Assembly: GCF_016432865.1 (NCBI RefSeq) | Contig: NC_067401.1 | Coordinates: forward strand, 479,570,001 to 479,634,000 | DNA length: 64,000 bases | Direction of reading: 5' to 3' | Origin: Antechinus flavipes | Taxonomy: Eukaryota | In this document: piece by piece, positions 40,968-53,124 of the stretch | Layout: the number at the start of each line of letters is the position of its first letter | Position numbering within the stretch: position 1 is the stretch's first letter | Notes under the pieces: model-generated | The model's input: only the letters and a program-made list of their open reading frames with translations | The model's database searches: none | What the model was told of the DNA's origin: nothing | Position numbers and translations under genes: made by a program

Positions 40968-43900
40968 AAAAAAGACCTTACAGGTAAAAGACACAAAGGA
41001 ACAAGTGGATGTTTCCCTTCTTCTAGATCCATCTGGCATAGTCCTTCCCACATCTTTTCCAACTGTGGTTCCACAATTCAGTTTTGCCGGAAGATACCCA
41101 GGTCATACCTAGTCTGGGATGGTAACAATCCACAACTGAGTTGTATGAGGTTCTAATGCAGGCCTGAGTTGGGGCGCCTCTTACTGAAACTTTAATAATT
41201 CAGGGGAAAACATCCACACCTTTGTCTTTCCTTCCTTCCTCCCTGACCTTTTCCTAGAGTAGTTCCTCAGAGGCACAGACTTGGGAGGATTGGGAGCTGG
41301 GGGGAACTTTAGGGCTAGAGTGGGAATCCCAGATCCTTCCTATTCAACCCTCCCCTTGGAAGGAAAGCCACAGGATTCTGACATCCTCAGCTGCTCCCCA
41401 GTTGTCCTGTTACAGAGCATCCGGTCAGGGAGACCTTTTTATCTTTAAAAAAAAAAATTTTTTTTTTGTTTTATCTTAGGAAGTAGGATGGCTGTATTGA
41501 TTTCAGCTGCCAGGTCATTGTTCTTTCTGTCTCTGAGAGTCTCCTCTTCCTCTGTCTCTCTGTGTTTGTCTTTCCTCCCTCTTTCCATCCTCTCTTCCTT
41601 GTCAGGAAGAAGTCCTAAAGAAGTATCTCCAATTAAAACCACCTACAGCTCTCACTACACAGTTTACTACCTTCTTACCCCCTGGTTCCCTCAGCTGTAG
41701 TGAAGCTGAGCCTTAATTCTGGGGCATTGTTGAGAGTGGGGACTTGAGGGGATCAGCCAGAAAGCCACTCCCCACCTGCTAAGGTACAAGGTTGATCCCT
41801 GACCCACCTTACCTGTCTTATCCTTACACACCCCAACACAAAGACAAAGGGCAACCTAAGCAGGCAGAGGATGGAACCAGTTCCTATTAAAGTGGAAAAA
41901 CTGAAAGTTCCAGTTTATGTTTCTTAAGAAAACTAAGAGAAATTCCAGGTAGTCTCTAATTAACAGCTTTCAGGCCACATAAAGTCCCAGGCACTTCTGG
42001 GTGGAAGTTGGAGAAGACAGTCTGTGGGGGAAGAGGTCTGGTCCCACTTAGGGGAATCAGAGCATTTCAGAGAGCCGTTCCAGTCTCCATTCTATGCGGG
42101 TCTTCCCTAAAATACCTCTCCACCCCAAGCAGCCAGTCATACACCATTCATTCTAAGTGTTGTTTGCCCCCCCCCAATTTCCTTTTTCCTGCTTGCACTG
42201 GACTTCCTTCATACTTCTTAGCTGAAATTAGAATTTTGGTTAATTCCAGTCTGTAGATTTGAGTTCTCATCCCTGGATATCTCACTTCCTCTCCCCACAC
42301 CCCTACAATTCGACTTCCTATTTCATCATGAGGCAACCGAGTCACCTCTTTGGTTCTCTCTTGTCAGGATGACTTTGAATCCCTGATGATGTGAGCTAAC
42401 AAAGCCTTCCCACTTGTGAATGTTCTGATCACTGACAGGCCTGCCATCTATGACTGCATCCAAGGAGTGATGACCATCTTGTAGAAGGCAGGGCTAAAGC
42501 AGAGCCATGTGGCCCATACACACAGCCCCATAAGTCAGTACCCTTTTGGCTTTTGTGTAGGGGAGCATTGTAGGGATGAATAAACAGAGGGAAAAGCAGG
42601 CAATTTTGTCAGACAGACAAGACCGGAAAGGGCTTTGGGTACCGATAGAAGGTGTAATCTGAAAGCTCCCCGTTCTAGACTTTTTAGACTCTAGCTCTCT
42701 CTTTTTCTGTCTCCCCTCTTCCCCATCCTTTCCTCCCCCTTCTCTTCCTCTACAGAAGGAAGTCCTATAGAAATATCTCCATAGGCACACCTCTAGTCTG
42801 TCTCCTACTTAAAGATTTCAGGGCACAAGGACCCTGAACTCACTTGCTCAGAGAATAAATTTTCAAGAAACCTAGACCCAGACATTGGACTGTTCCCTGG
42901 AGATTGCACTGGATGGGTGAATCAGCTCTCTTTTTCTTTCTTTTCTTAAAAAAAAGTAATAGCTTTTTATTTTTCAAAATACAAGCAATTTTCAACATCC
43001 ATCCTTTCACCAAGAGCCAGATCCTCCCGAATGATAATGAGGCTAGTGAGGCCCTCGTTACTTCCCAACAGGTTACAGGACCTTAAAGGGTCTCAGACAT
43101 CCCGACGATGATGGCTAATGACTACCCTGAGCCCAGGTTGCCCTTCCCCCCTCTCCCTCTCATTCTCTTGGCTGTCCGGAGGGGCCGCCGCGGTACAGGA
43201 GGGATGGGACATCGGTGACAGGGAGGCCGCGGGAGGGGCAGCATGGGGGGAGGGGGTTCCAGCCTCACTGCTCCCAGTCCCGGCCATGTGACCCCGGAGA
43301 CCTTCCGGCTCCGAGCGGAGGAGGGGACTCGGTAAGCCCCACCTGTCTCCCGGCTGCTGCCTCAGCCTAGAGCAGACTCCCTGTCACTCCCCCAATGGCT
43401 TTCTACTTGTTTTCTCTGCCAACACCTAACCAATTAACAAGTACTTAATGAGTTCTCAAGCTGTCTGTCCTGGTACAGGGAGAGAGCCACCAGGGGAGTA
43501 CAAAGGCCACGTCCCCCGGGAGGGGGATGGGGACTGAGCAGGGCCCTGCTCAGGTGACAAACGCTAGGGGTGCCTCCCACCAGTGGGAAAGGGAGCTTCC
43601 CTTCTCCTCCCCCCGCTCCTCCCAGGCTCATCGCCCATGGCTGGCTCCACCCCCAAGGGACGAGGGACAAAGGCCACCGAGCCCTCCCCTGGCTTATCCA
43701 CGGCCAGGAGCCCAACCTGCACCTGAACGAGAATTCCCTCTCCAATATCCTCCACAAGGGGTCACCCTGCCTCAGGCTGGGGACCTCCAGGCAGGAGCTC
43801 AGTGCCTGTCCCAGCAGTCCCTTCTTCTCCTGGCCCGCCCCGAAGTGAGCCAGGCTTTCCTAACTATTCCGGCCCGAGCCTCTCTGAAGACTTTCCTGCC

Positions 43901-44874
43901 CCCTCGGCTGTTGCTGGGCCGGCCTTGGGGCCATGACCTGCAGGCTGATCACGGCCCTTCCCAGGCTAGCGGGCAGCTCGGGGGCCACCTGGACCCCTGT
44001 CTTCGCTGAGAGTCTCTTCACCAATCCGCGGCAGCAGAATGGAAGCGCCCTGAGGAAAGGGCCTAGTTCCCTTTTGTGCTTGCGCCGCGGTGGTGGGCCA
44101 GCCCACGGTGGGCGCTTAATCAGCTCCGGACAAAGGCCCTCTCCTCCGGCTCTCCCCGTGCTCCAGTCCCGAAGGACTCTCCCTGGGCCGCCCGAGTCCT
44201 GCTGACTCAGGCTGACCAAGCTTGCCCCCCCACCTGGCTATTTCTGAGCCCAAATGTTACACTGGCTCTCCATGGTTACAGGACGTCGCCTTCCACGCCG
44301 CTCCGCCGCTGCCAGTTTGCGTTTCCCAGTCCTGACTCAGTGTGCGTCAGCCCCCTCCCACCCCTGGCTCTGAGGGGCTACCCTCCGTCAGTGCCTCCTT
44401 GCAAGTCATTGAGAGAAATGGGGCAGCACAGTCCTGGGGCCCTCCAGTGGAGACGACCTCTGCCTTCCTTTGTACCCCTAGGGCCTGGCGTGCAGTAGGT
44501 GCTTAATAAATGCTTGGGGACCACCTGGGTGGCACAGATCCTTGTGGGTCCCAGGATGGCATAATAGCCGCTAGGTAATTATATTACATTCTAAATTACA
44601 CAATGAACTCGCTACTGTTACTTATTATTATTTCTAATTATTCTTTTAAAAAGTCCAAGAGGTCTTGAATGTCATTGGCCCGGGGAGCTCCCAAGCTGCC
44701 CTGGCACCGGGCCTGGCGCGGGCACGTTTGGAGCAGGAGGAGGGGAGACTGCAGTGGGGGAAGGAATTCTCCGCCCAGAGAGGCCGCTCTCAACCCTTTC
44801 CCACCGACATCAAGGAAATGGGGGTGGGGTAGGGGAGGGGCTCCAGGCACTCTGCCCCCTAACCCCGGGAAAGT

Positions 44875-44988
44875 GCCGAGTCATGCTGAACGCGTGGATG
44901 TAGAGGGAGAGGAGAGGGAAGGGGGCGAGGCTTTGGGGAAGGCCCGCCCCCGCCCCCTCAGCCTCTCGCGAGACCTTGGGCTTATAAA
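44875..44988 (+). promoter_or_regulatory. PRDX1: PRDX1 core promoter: ARE, GC boxes, TCTCGCGAGA palindrome, TATA box
   Basis: ATGACTCGGCA on minus ending at 44884, GGCCCGCCCCCGCCCC at 44941-44956, TCTCGCGAGA at 44964-44973, TATAAA at 44983-44988. Confidence 0.85.
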
Positions 44989-45012
44989 GGCGGTGCCGGG
45001 CGCGCCTCCCTC

Positions 45013-45075
45013 GCGTTCTACTGCTTCTCCTCGCGTGTTCCCCTGTCTCCTGAAGTCGTCTGCCGGGCTCAGCTG
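45013..45075 (+). other. PRDX1: PRDX1 non-coding first exon (start approximate)
   Basis: Begins about 25-30 nt after TATAAA (44983-44988) and ends at donor CTG|GTGAGG (45075/45076). Confidence 0.75.
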
Positions 45076-46497
45076 GTGAGGCCGGGGAGCTAGTGGAGCC
45101 AGCCATGGAGCTGGGGTTGCACCCCCCACGCGTCCGGGCAGCTGGGGGCGGGCGGGGGCGCTCCGAACGTTCCAGAGAAGGCGGGTGTCCCCCCTCCTCT
45201 CCCACTCGAGGGTGCTAATTGGTTGTTGTGTTCACGTGGCCCACCCGGGTGGGGGCGTGTTCGGGAACCTTCGGGGTGGGGGGGCGGGCTTCGTATTGGC
45301 GTGGGGAGCTATCTTAGGAATGGAAGCCAGGGCCCCCGGCATTTGGAGGGGAGACAGGGAAACTGAGGCACGGGCCCTTCTACTCAAACTGCCTCGGAGT
45401 CACATTCTCTATTATGACAGCGGAGGAAACTGAGGCTTGGAGGAAAGTTCGGACGGCGGCGATTCTTTGCCTTCCTCGTATCCTCCTCGTCATTCTCGGC
45501 GATAATGGGGGGGGGGTCGCGGGGCTCCGTCGTCTTCCGTTTGCCCTCCCAGACGGGGGAGAGTAGCAGCCGGGAGCATTTGGGGTTGGCTGCCTTCGAG
45601 AGCTCCCCCCACCCCGACACCCTCTGGCCTCAATGTTCTCTGTAAAAGTCGGCCTCCTGGGAACAGCCTCTGCCCCGGACATCGTGAGATGATGCGGGGA
45701 GGACCCGAGTCGCGGGCGGAGAAGCCATGATGGGGGCGGGGAGAAGTGGGGACCCTCGGGGCTTTTATGCAAAGCTCAGATCAGATCCTGTGCTTCCGGC
45801 TGCCCGATTTCCTCGCTGTAAAGTGGGCATAGTAACCCCGGCACGGATCTAGAGAGGAGCCCCGAGGTGATAGTGGTGCAGCCCTAGGCCGAGGGCCCTA
45901 TACCTAGTAGGTGCTTTACAGACACCTGTTTGCTTCCGCCCCCTACTGGTGGATGAGGTGATGAGCCCCCGGGATGGGGGAGGGCTGTGCAGTGGTGAGG
46001 GTCCCAGGCCGGAAATCAGTCCGGCTTAATCCCCTTCTCTGCTTGGCGGTGACCGAGGCCGGCGTCCCAGGCGTGGCGACAAAACCGGCCGTCTCCCTCT
46101 GCTGGGGCCCGGCTGATTTTGGGGGGGGGGGGACCACAATGCAGCAGCCCTTCCTCAGGATGAGTCCAGGCTGGGGGCACGAAACCGTGGCAGCCTGGGG
46201 CGAAGCTCACCCCGGAAGCCCGCGGCTCCTGCGAGCGCACGGATTGCCCTCTAGCTTTGGGCGGCTGCCAGGACTTTGCTTTAAGGAGACTTTGTTTTAA
46301 GGAAATCGGTTATTTTAAGGGACTGGCAACTTGCCACGTGACCTGGGGACAGAGGGTATAAGCTGGTCGGGTCTGTGCTAGCAGTGATGTGCCCTTAGTG
46401 CCGGGGAGCCTCTCGTTGCTCCCCCAAAGCGGGGTGTGGCAGCCCCCTCTCCTGGAGTCTCACTCGGCTTCTTTCTCCGCCCCCAGTTGCTGTCAAC

Positions 46498-46603
46498 ATG
46501 TCGGCGGGAAATGCTAAGATTGGGTTCCCAGCCCCCAATTTCAAGGCTACAGCTGTTATGCCGGATCGGCAGTTCAAAGACATCAGCCTTTCCGACTACA
46601 AAG
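46498..46603 (+). CDS. PRDX1: PRDX1 first coding exon (acceptor 46486, 11-nt UTR)
   Basis: ccccag|ttgctgtcaacATG...AAAG|GTGAGT; [35 protein letters not shown]. Confidence 0.96.
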
Positions 46604-49600
46604 GTGAGTGGGATTGCCTGAGCCGCATTTACATTTCCTCCTTAACCGAATCTCAGCAACAAAGGCAGCTCTGATCTGCTGAGCCCGATCTCCCTTCTGA
46701 GGCTGGGCGGCTGCCCCCCCCTCCCCCGCGCTTTGATCTGTGCTCATTTCTTGGAAGGATAATACTTCAGCCTCCCCCCTGCCTCCACTTTTTTAAAGTA
46801 AATTTATGTTTTTAAAACACATTGCTTTATAAATTACCTTGAAAGAAAAACCAGAGCAAAAGGGAAGAACCATGGGAGAGAGGGGAAAAAATTAGAAAAA
46901 AGAAGTGAACACAGCATGTGTTGATTTACATTCAATCTCCTTAGTTCCTTTTTCTGGCTTGCCTCCGCTTCTGATAGGGCAGCCCTTAGATCTCTATCTA
47001 ATCTCACTGCCCCTCCCCCACGGCAGATGTTAGGGGTGCAGTCAGGTCCCTAATGCTCAGGGCACTAGATGTTTCCTGGGCCCAAGAGAGCCTCGATTCC
47101 TTAGCAGCTACAGTTGCCTTTCTTGTGGAGGCTGATGAGCACTAAGACCCTTGTTGTTGGTTCTGGGGCTTGTAACCAAAGCTGGTTGGCAGAGTAGGGG
47201 GCAGCCCTCATGGGCTCCTTCTGTAAGTGCCTTGCACTGCCCCCAGGGGAAAGCCAGTGAGTGGGCCAGGGGTCCAAGATGCTGCGGTTCTCAGGGGGAT
47301 GGCCCGGGCAGATGTGTGGGGATAAACAATGTTCCTATTGAGGCTGGCTTTCAGAGGGGATGCCAGATGCATACAGAGCAGCTCTGAGCCTAGGCCTTGT
47401 CAGCCAGCTTGATTCTCCTGGGGTAGAGCCAGACTTGGTCCCCGGCCCTCCGAGCGCGGGTTAGGGAGCGCTCCTGGTGCTGAGGATGTGATTCTGTTGG
47501 GCTTTCGCCTCCCTCGCTGCCTCACTAACAAAGTTCTTAACCTGGTGTTTCTCCCGGTCTCGTCCATTTAGTTGTTGGTGCCAGACTGAGGCCTGGCCCA
47601 CCTCCCCTTTCGGACCAGGCCAGTTACATGCATGGCATCTCCATGGCGGTCTCTGACCTGGAATTGGAGTCAAGTCCAATAAACTGAAGGAGGAGGAGGG
47701 CCTTGTGGCAGAGGGCGTGGAAAGAAGGGGACTGGGGGAGGGCTGGCCCAGGGTCTGTGTTTTAGAGTAATCCTGTTTGCCTGGCATCTTGACTGGTCCC
47801 TGTTCCTATTATAAAGGAAGGTCTTGTATCTGCTTAGTTAGCAGGGTTTACTTTCTTGCCCTGGGGTGACTGCAACTCTTGAGGCTGGCACAGTGGGTGG
47901 AGCACTTGAGGTTTAGGTAGTCCTGCCAGGAAATGAGCCTGTACAGGTATGGGGGGGGAAGAGTGGAGGGGAGCACTTTCACAAGGCAGGTCCCACTGGG
48001 GCTGGGATCTGGGACTAATAGCCTCGTGCTCCCTCCTTGGCCTGCTTCTGGCCTGTGGCTTGTCTGTACACAGGCCTGCTGGCATTGCCAAGCATTGCAC
48101 GGCCCTTCTGGGCTGGAGTTTGCCTCGTTTCCTCGCAAGGAGCATTCTTTGGGAGGAGACACTTGGGTCTGGCCTCTTGGACCCTTATCTGGCTGGGTAT
48201 GAGCGAGTGTGATTTCAGTTGCAATTGCCAGTTTAGAGTGTGCCTGAGCTCACCAGTCCCCTTTCCCATCCAGGAAAATATGTCGTGTTGTTCTTCTACC
48301 CCTTGGACTTCACCTTTGTGTGCCCCACGGAGATTATTGCTTTCAGTGACCGGGCTGAAGAATTTAAGAAACTCAACTGCCAAGTGATCGGTGCTTCAGT
48401 GGACTCTCACTTCTGTCACCTTGCCTGGTAACTACCCCCAGGGTGACCTGCTTGGTGCTACTGGGCTTGGAGCAGCACGGGGAGGGCAAGACTTTCCTGC
48501 CCCCATTAAGTACACAGATTGAGCAGGAGCTCCTCGGGACTGTCAGTAAACACTTCCCAGGTGTTCCCCCTTTCTTGGAGCTAGAGGTGCCCCAAATCAG
48601 TCGGTCATGAGAAAACGTGGGTCTCCAGCCCTTCTATGTGACGGGCAGGCACCATGTCAAGTGCTGAGGATACGAGCAAGAAGAGGCAAAAAGCAAAACA
48701 TGTTAGTGAGAGGACGGGGAGACAATGCAGAAGTGCAAAAGGTTTTAGGCAATGGATGAGAAGCAGTTTCATTGGGAGGGGGGGACTAAAAGCTTCTTGG
48801 AGAAGATAAGGTATGAGTTGAAAGTGGAAGGGAAGCCCGCAGATGAGGAGGGAGGGAGAACATTGAGGATGGCTGGTGAGTGGAAGGGAACGCCCTGGCC
48901 TTGCTGAGGAATCTAGAGGCATAGGGGCTGCTGCTCCTGCAGGCCACAAATGGACTGGTACATGCTTGGAAAGTTAGTTTACACCCCATTGAATTTATAA
49001 GCACCTTAGGGCAGATGGTGGAGTTCTTTTGTCTTCATGTGGTCAAATAGCTGAATAAAAACTTGCCACACTAGTTAAGTTGCTGTTTGTCTTGTTTCTT
49101 AATTTTCTCCAGGGTCAACACAAGCAAGAAGGAGGGCGGCCTTGGAGGTGTGAATATCCCTTTGCTGTCCGACCCCAAACGAACCATTGCTCAAGATTAT
49201 GGGATCTTAAAAGCTGATGAAGGAATTTCATTCAGGTGAGCGTTGCCATAGATTGTAATTGGATACTTTCTGGTGAGGTTAAGCAATCGTCTAATTCTTT
49301 TTCTTTTCCCCGAGTGTTATATTTTTTTCAATTACATGCAAAGATAGTTTTCAACAATCAATTTTGTAAGATTTTGAATAGCAATTTTTTTTTCTTCTCT
49401 CTCCCCAAGATAGCAAGCAATCTGCTATAGATTATTTTCATATGATCATTTTAAACATTTCCATATTATGCATATTATGAAAGACATGTTAAAACAAAAG
49501 CAAAAAACCACAGTAAAGAAAAAGCAAACCTAAAAAAGGTGAAAATATTATGCTTTGTGACTCATTTCAGTCTTTACAGTTCCCTCTCTGGATGTAAATG

Positions 49601-51847
49601 ACATTTCCTATCCCAAATATATTGGAATTGTATTTGCAGTAGATTATTATAATTTGAGATTACAATCGTCATTGACTATTGTCTTTTATATCTAACCTAT
49701 TCCATTGATCCAGTACTATTTTTTAGATGGTAACAAATGGTTTGATGATTGCTGCTTTATAATACAATCTTAGAATTGTTACTATGACAACCTTCTAATT
49801 CGTCTGCTCACTTGGATGCTGGATCCTAGAAATTGCCAAATGTTGTCCTAGGGACATTATTTCTTGTACATTCAGAATTGTTTGTTTTTAATTTTTTATT
49901 TTCTCTAGTTCCATGTAAAAATATTTTTCTTTTTGGTCATATGTACAATTATTTTTTAAACATTTCCTTATGAGGGAAGGAAAAAAAGAAAAAGTGTTCA
50001 ATTCCAGAGTTGCTTCAGTTCACAAACCCCAGAGTGAAGGATTTGGTCATAGCGAGGTACTTTTTCTTCCTTGTTAAGGGGTCTCTTCATCATTGATGAT
50101 AAGGGCATCCTTCGCCAGATCACCATCAATGACCTTCCTGTGGGCCGCTCTGTAGATGAAACACTGCGGCTTGTCCAGGCCTTCCAGTTCACAGACAAGC
50201 ACGGGGAAGGTAAGCCTGAGGGGGGGAAGAATGGGCAGATGGGAAGAGGGGGTGGCCAGGCCCCAGCCCATGGATGGAGGGGCCATAGGTCCTGGGTCTC
50301 ATTCCAGAAGGAGGCTTGGGTGTGGAGGTGCTTTGCTGACTTGCTTACTCAGGTGAATGCGTGTGCCGTCGGCCTGACTGCCTCAACCTGACCCAGAGCG
50401 AAGGGTGAGGGGTTTGATCTTGAGTTAGGACAGATAGTTCAGCACTTGGCAGGTCCCCCTAGTTAAGGGTATGAACTGGTCACCCAAAGGGTTCAGAAGA
50501 CAAGACCCCAGGATGTTCGGTCAAGGTGACCAGGGCCTAGGAGTTAGACGAGGCAAGAGGCTGGCCTGTGTGGAGGGAGAAATGAGCCTCGGCAGGCTTG
50601 GAGTCCTGCTTATTGTCTTGGCCCGTCAGGGTGGGTGTTGGCAGTGACTTCCACCAAAATGGGTCAAGTTTGAGCAAAACGGGAAGTAATTAAACCCTTC
50701 CATTCCTGCTCCTGGTCCTTCTCACTCAGCTGTCAAAGTGGAGAGAGGAAAGGCTTTCTTCCCCATCTTGGAACTCGAGGTGTGGGGAGTCTGAGGGGGA
50801 GGGGCAGCCTCAGGGTGGAGATGACCTTGGCCTGGGAAGAGTGAAGGCTGGTTGGAAAGCAGAGCCAGGAGCTCTCCTGCCTGGGGTGCCCGGGCACTGA
50901 CTCTTCCCCCCTCCCCAGTCCTGTTTCTTCAATTGTGTCAGACTTCTAGTTATCAGGGAGCAGGTAATCAGAGAGAGGAAAGGATGTTTTAAGGGTTTCA
51001 GAAACTTGGGAGGGACTGGCAGGAGGGCTCCCGGGTCACATCAGGTGGATTACAGGAGTGAAGGCCCAGCTGGCCCCTGGGTGTGGCCTGTGCAGCCACT
51101 TGCTGTTGCCCGAGACCTTGGAGCACTTGTCCAGGAGCAGAGGAGAGACAGGAAGGGCTTCCGGAAGGGAAGCACAGCCACAGTGATCTAGAACAGGGTT
51201 CCTCAGCCAGCAGGGCTCTCCAGGCTTTTGGCGCCCTGCTTTTCCCTAAGATAGTCTTGTTTGGTGACCAAAGAGCAGGGCCCTGAGGTTGGTAAGCCAG
51301 ATACCTTCAGGGCAATTAGATGTGGCACCTCCCCCGAGGGATGGTTGTGGCGTCATGGGAAGGACCCTGAGGACTGTAAATCCCTTTCTGTGGATTCGTG
51401 AACCAGCTGCTGGCTTGTACAGCTTGAGAGGCTGGCATTCAGCGTCTGCCCGGATCCCTGCAGGCAGGCAGGTTAAGGGACTTGGCCAGGGTCAGTTGGT
51501 GTCTGTCAGCTGCTTCGGGGTCTGGGCTAGCCCAAGATGCTCTCTGAGGTCCCTTTGAACTTTGGGTTCTCCGAGCACCATGAGCAGGGACATGTCCTGG
51601 GTCAGGTCCTCGTCTCCCTCTCCTCTCCCTCCCCACTAAGTCTGTGACCTCTTATGTGGACCCGGTGCTGGAGCCTCTGCCCCCCCTCAGGAGTGAGCTT
51701 CCGAAGGCGGCAGGAAGGGCTCTGGGTCACTGAGGGGCCCACCCACCTTTTTGTCTTTCAGTGTGCCCTGCTGGCTGGAAACCCGGGAGCGATACCATCA
51801 AGCCCGACGTCCGGGGCAGCAAAGAATACTTCTCCAAGCAGCACTGA
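46498..51847 (+). CDS. PRDX1: Peroxiredoxin-1 (typical 2-Cys), spliced CDS span, 5 coding exons, 600 nt, 199 aa
   Basis: Exons of 106/154/123/131/86 nt join in frame. FVCPTEI (peroxidatic Cys52), HFCHLAW (PRDX1-type Cys83), GGLG, EVCPAGW (resolving Cys173) and YF are present. Synteny with MMACHC and AKR1A1. Confidence 0.97.
48274..48427 (+). CDS. PRDX1: PRDX1 coding exon 2
   Basis: atccag|GA...TG|GTAACT; [51 protein letters not shown]. Confidence 0.97.
49113..49235 (+). CDS. PRDX1: PRDX1 coding exon 3
   Basis: ctccag|G...AG|GTGAGC; [41 protein letters not shown]. Confidence 0.96.
50079..50209 (+). CDS. PRDX1: PRDX1 coding exon 4
   Basis: gttaag|G...AAG|GTAAGC; [43 protein letters not shown]. 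Confidence 0.96.
51762..51847 (+). CDS. PRDX1: PRDX1 last coding exon, stop TGA at 51845-51847
   Basis: tttcag|TG; [28 protein letters not shown]. Confidence 0.96.
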
Positions 51848-52136
51848 GCTGCTCTCTGGCCAGGGATGCTTCCCCAGGGAGCCTGGCCGCAGGCTCAGAA
51901 CAACCGTATGGGATCTTCCCCCAGCTTTCACATGGCCTCCCGTTAGGGAGGCCCAAGTGTGGGGTAGCTGGACCAGTGCTTTCTTGGAGACCATTCCTCC
52001 CTCCCTCCCTCGGGGCAGCTGGCCCAGCCTGCCCACTGCCTGTCTCTTTCTCACTCTTAATGACCAAGTGCTGTGTTAACGATGTTTGTACCATAGTCAG
52101 CCCTCTGGCCTCGAGCTGGGGATGTTTTGTAGCTCT

Positions 52137-52142
52137 ATTAAA
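52137..52142 (+). terminator. PRDX1: PRDX1 poly(A) signal ATTAAA
   Basis: About 290 nt after the stop, followed by the GU-rich tggtgcttattggtgcaggtgtgt. Confidence 0.75.
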
Positions 52143-53054
52143 CTTGTCCTAAGAAAACTGGTGCTTATTGGTGCAGGTGTGTCTCCTTAAAACAGCTGGA
52201 CTGGGGAGGAAGTAGGGAACCGGCCCAGCCAAAAACAGCATCATTGAGCACCGGAAAGGGGGAAGGGGCTGCTGTTCAGAAGGTGGAGGTCTGTGTATCT
52301 GAATGGGAGATAATAGACTAAGCTGCGGAGGAGGTTGGGAAAGGGTCCCCCGCAAGGTGGTATTTGGTCATACGCCACAAAGGGAGAACTGAAGGGGAAG
52401 GGGTAGTGAGCAGGCTTGGGGGGTGGGGGATGCAAGGGCGTTGGTGTCAGAACTAGAGAGGCCCCTGGTTAGGTGGATGCCCGAAAGTCCCATCTGATCG
52501 GGTTGTGGATGCCCAGCAGGCCGCTAGAGGTCAGCAGTCGCGAGCTGCCTAAGCAGGAGAATCCTGACTTGAGCTGATTGACTTTGTGCACACCAGTGAT
52601 CCCAAGGGACTGATGAGGGGGGCGGGGCGGAGCAGAACATCTGGTTAGCCAGCCACATGTTAGCAGGTCCGCATCACTGCGGGGAGGCTCTAGGACTAGG
52701 ACCTCCAGGTCTAAGTGGGTTATGAACAATTCTTCCTGAGGAGCCGACGGTCCCACCAATGTGAGCACAATTAATAGGAGTAGCTGGCGAGATCCAGGGA
52801 GGAAAGGCTGCCTTTGGAGAGGGGGACAAACCGGGGGCTGCCTGCTCCTGCGGCCCTGCAGACTCAGCATCCAATGCCTCAGGTTGAAGGGGGGGGGCAG
52901 GGGCACCCCCACAGCCCCTCTTCCTCACAGAGCTGAATCACTGGTTCTTGCTCCTTAACTCCCCACCCCTCCACCTGAAGAGGGTAGCCCCTTCCCTCTG
53001 CATCTCCCCCAAAATAAGCACCAACATTGACCAGGCTTCAAAGATTTGCAAATC

Positions 53055-53124
53055 TTTAATATTACAAGTATATTATCTCTAGAACCTCACATTAACCCTG
53101 TAAGGCATTATTAGCAGCTTTATT
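53055..53124 (-). terminator. MMACHC: Candidate MMACHC poly(A) signals (AATAAA 53124-53119; ATTAAA 53060-53055)
   Basis: First canonical hexamers seen after the stop on minus; GU-rich element at 53030-53010. Confidence 0.55.

Noticed and set aside
46498-51847. PRDX2 or a processed pseudogene instead of PRDX1
   Set aside because: Introns present, Cys83 retained, PRDX1-type N-terminus and synteny
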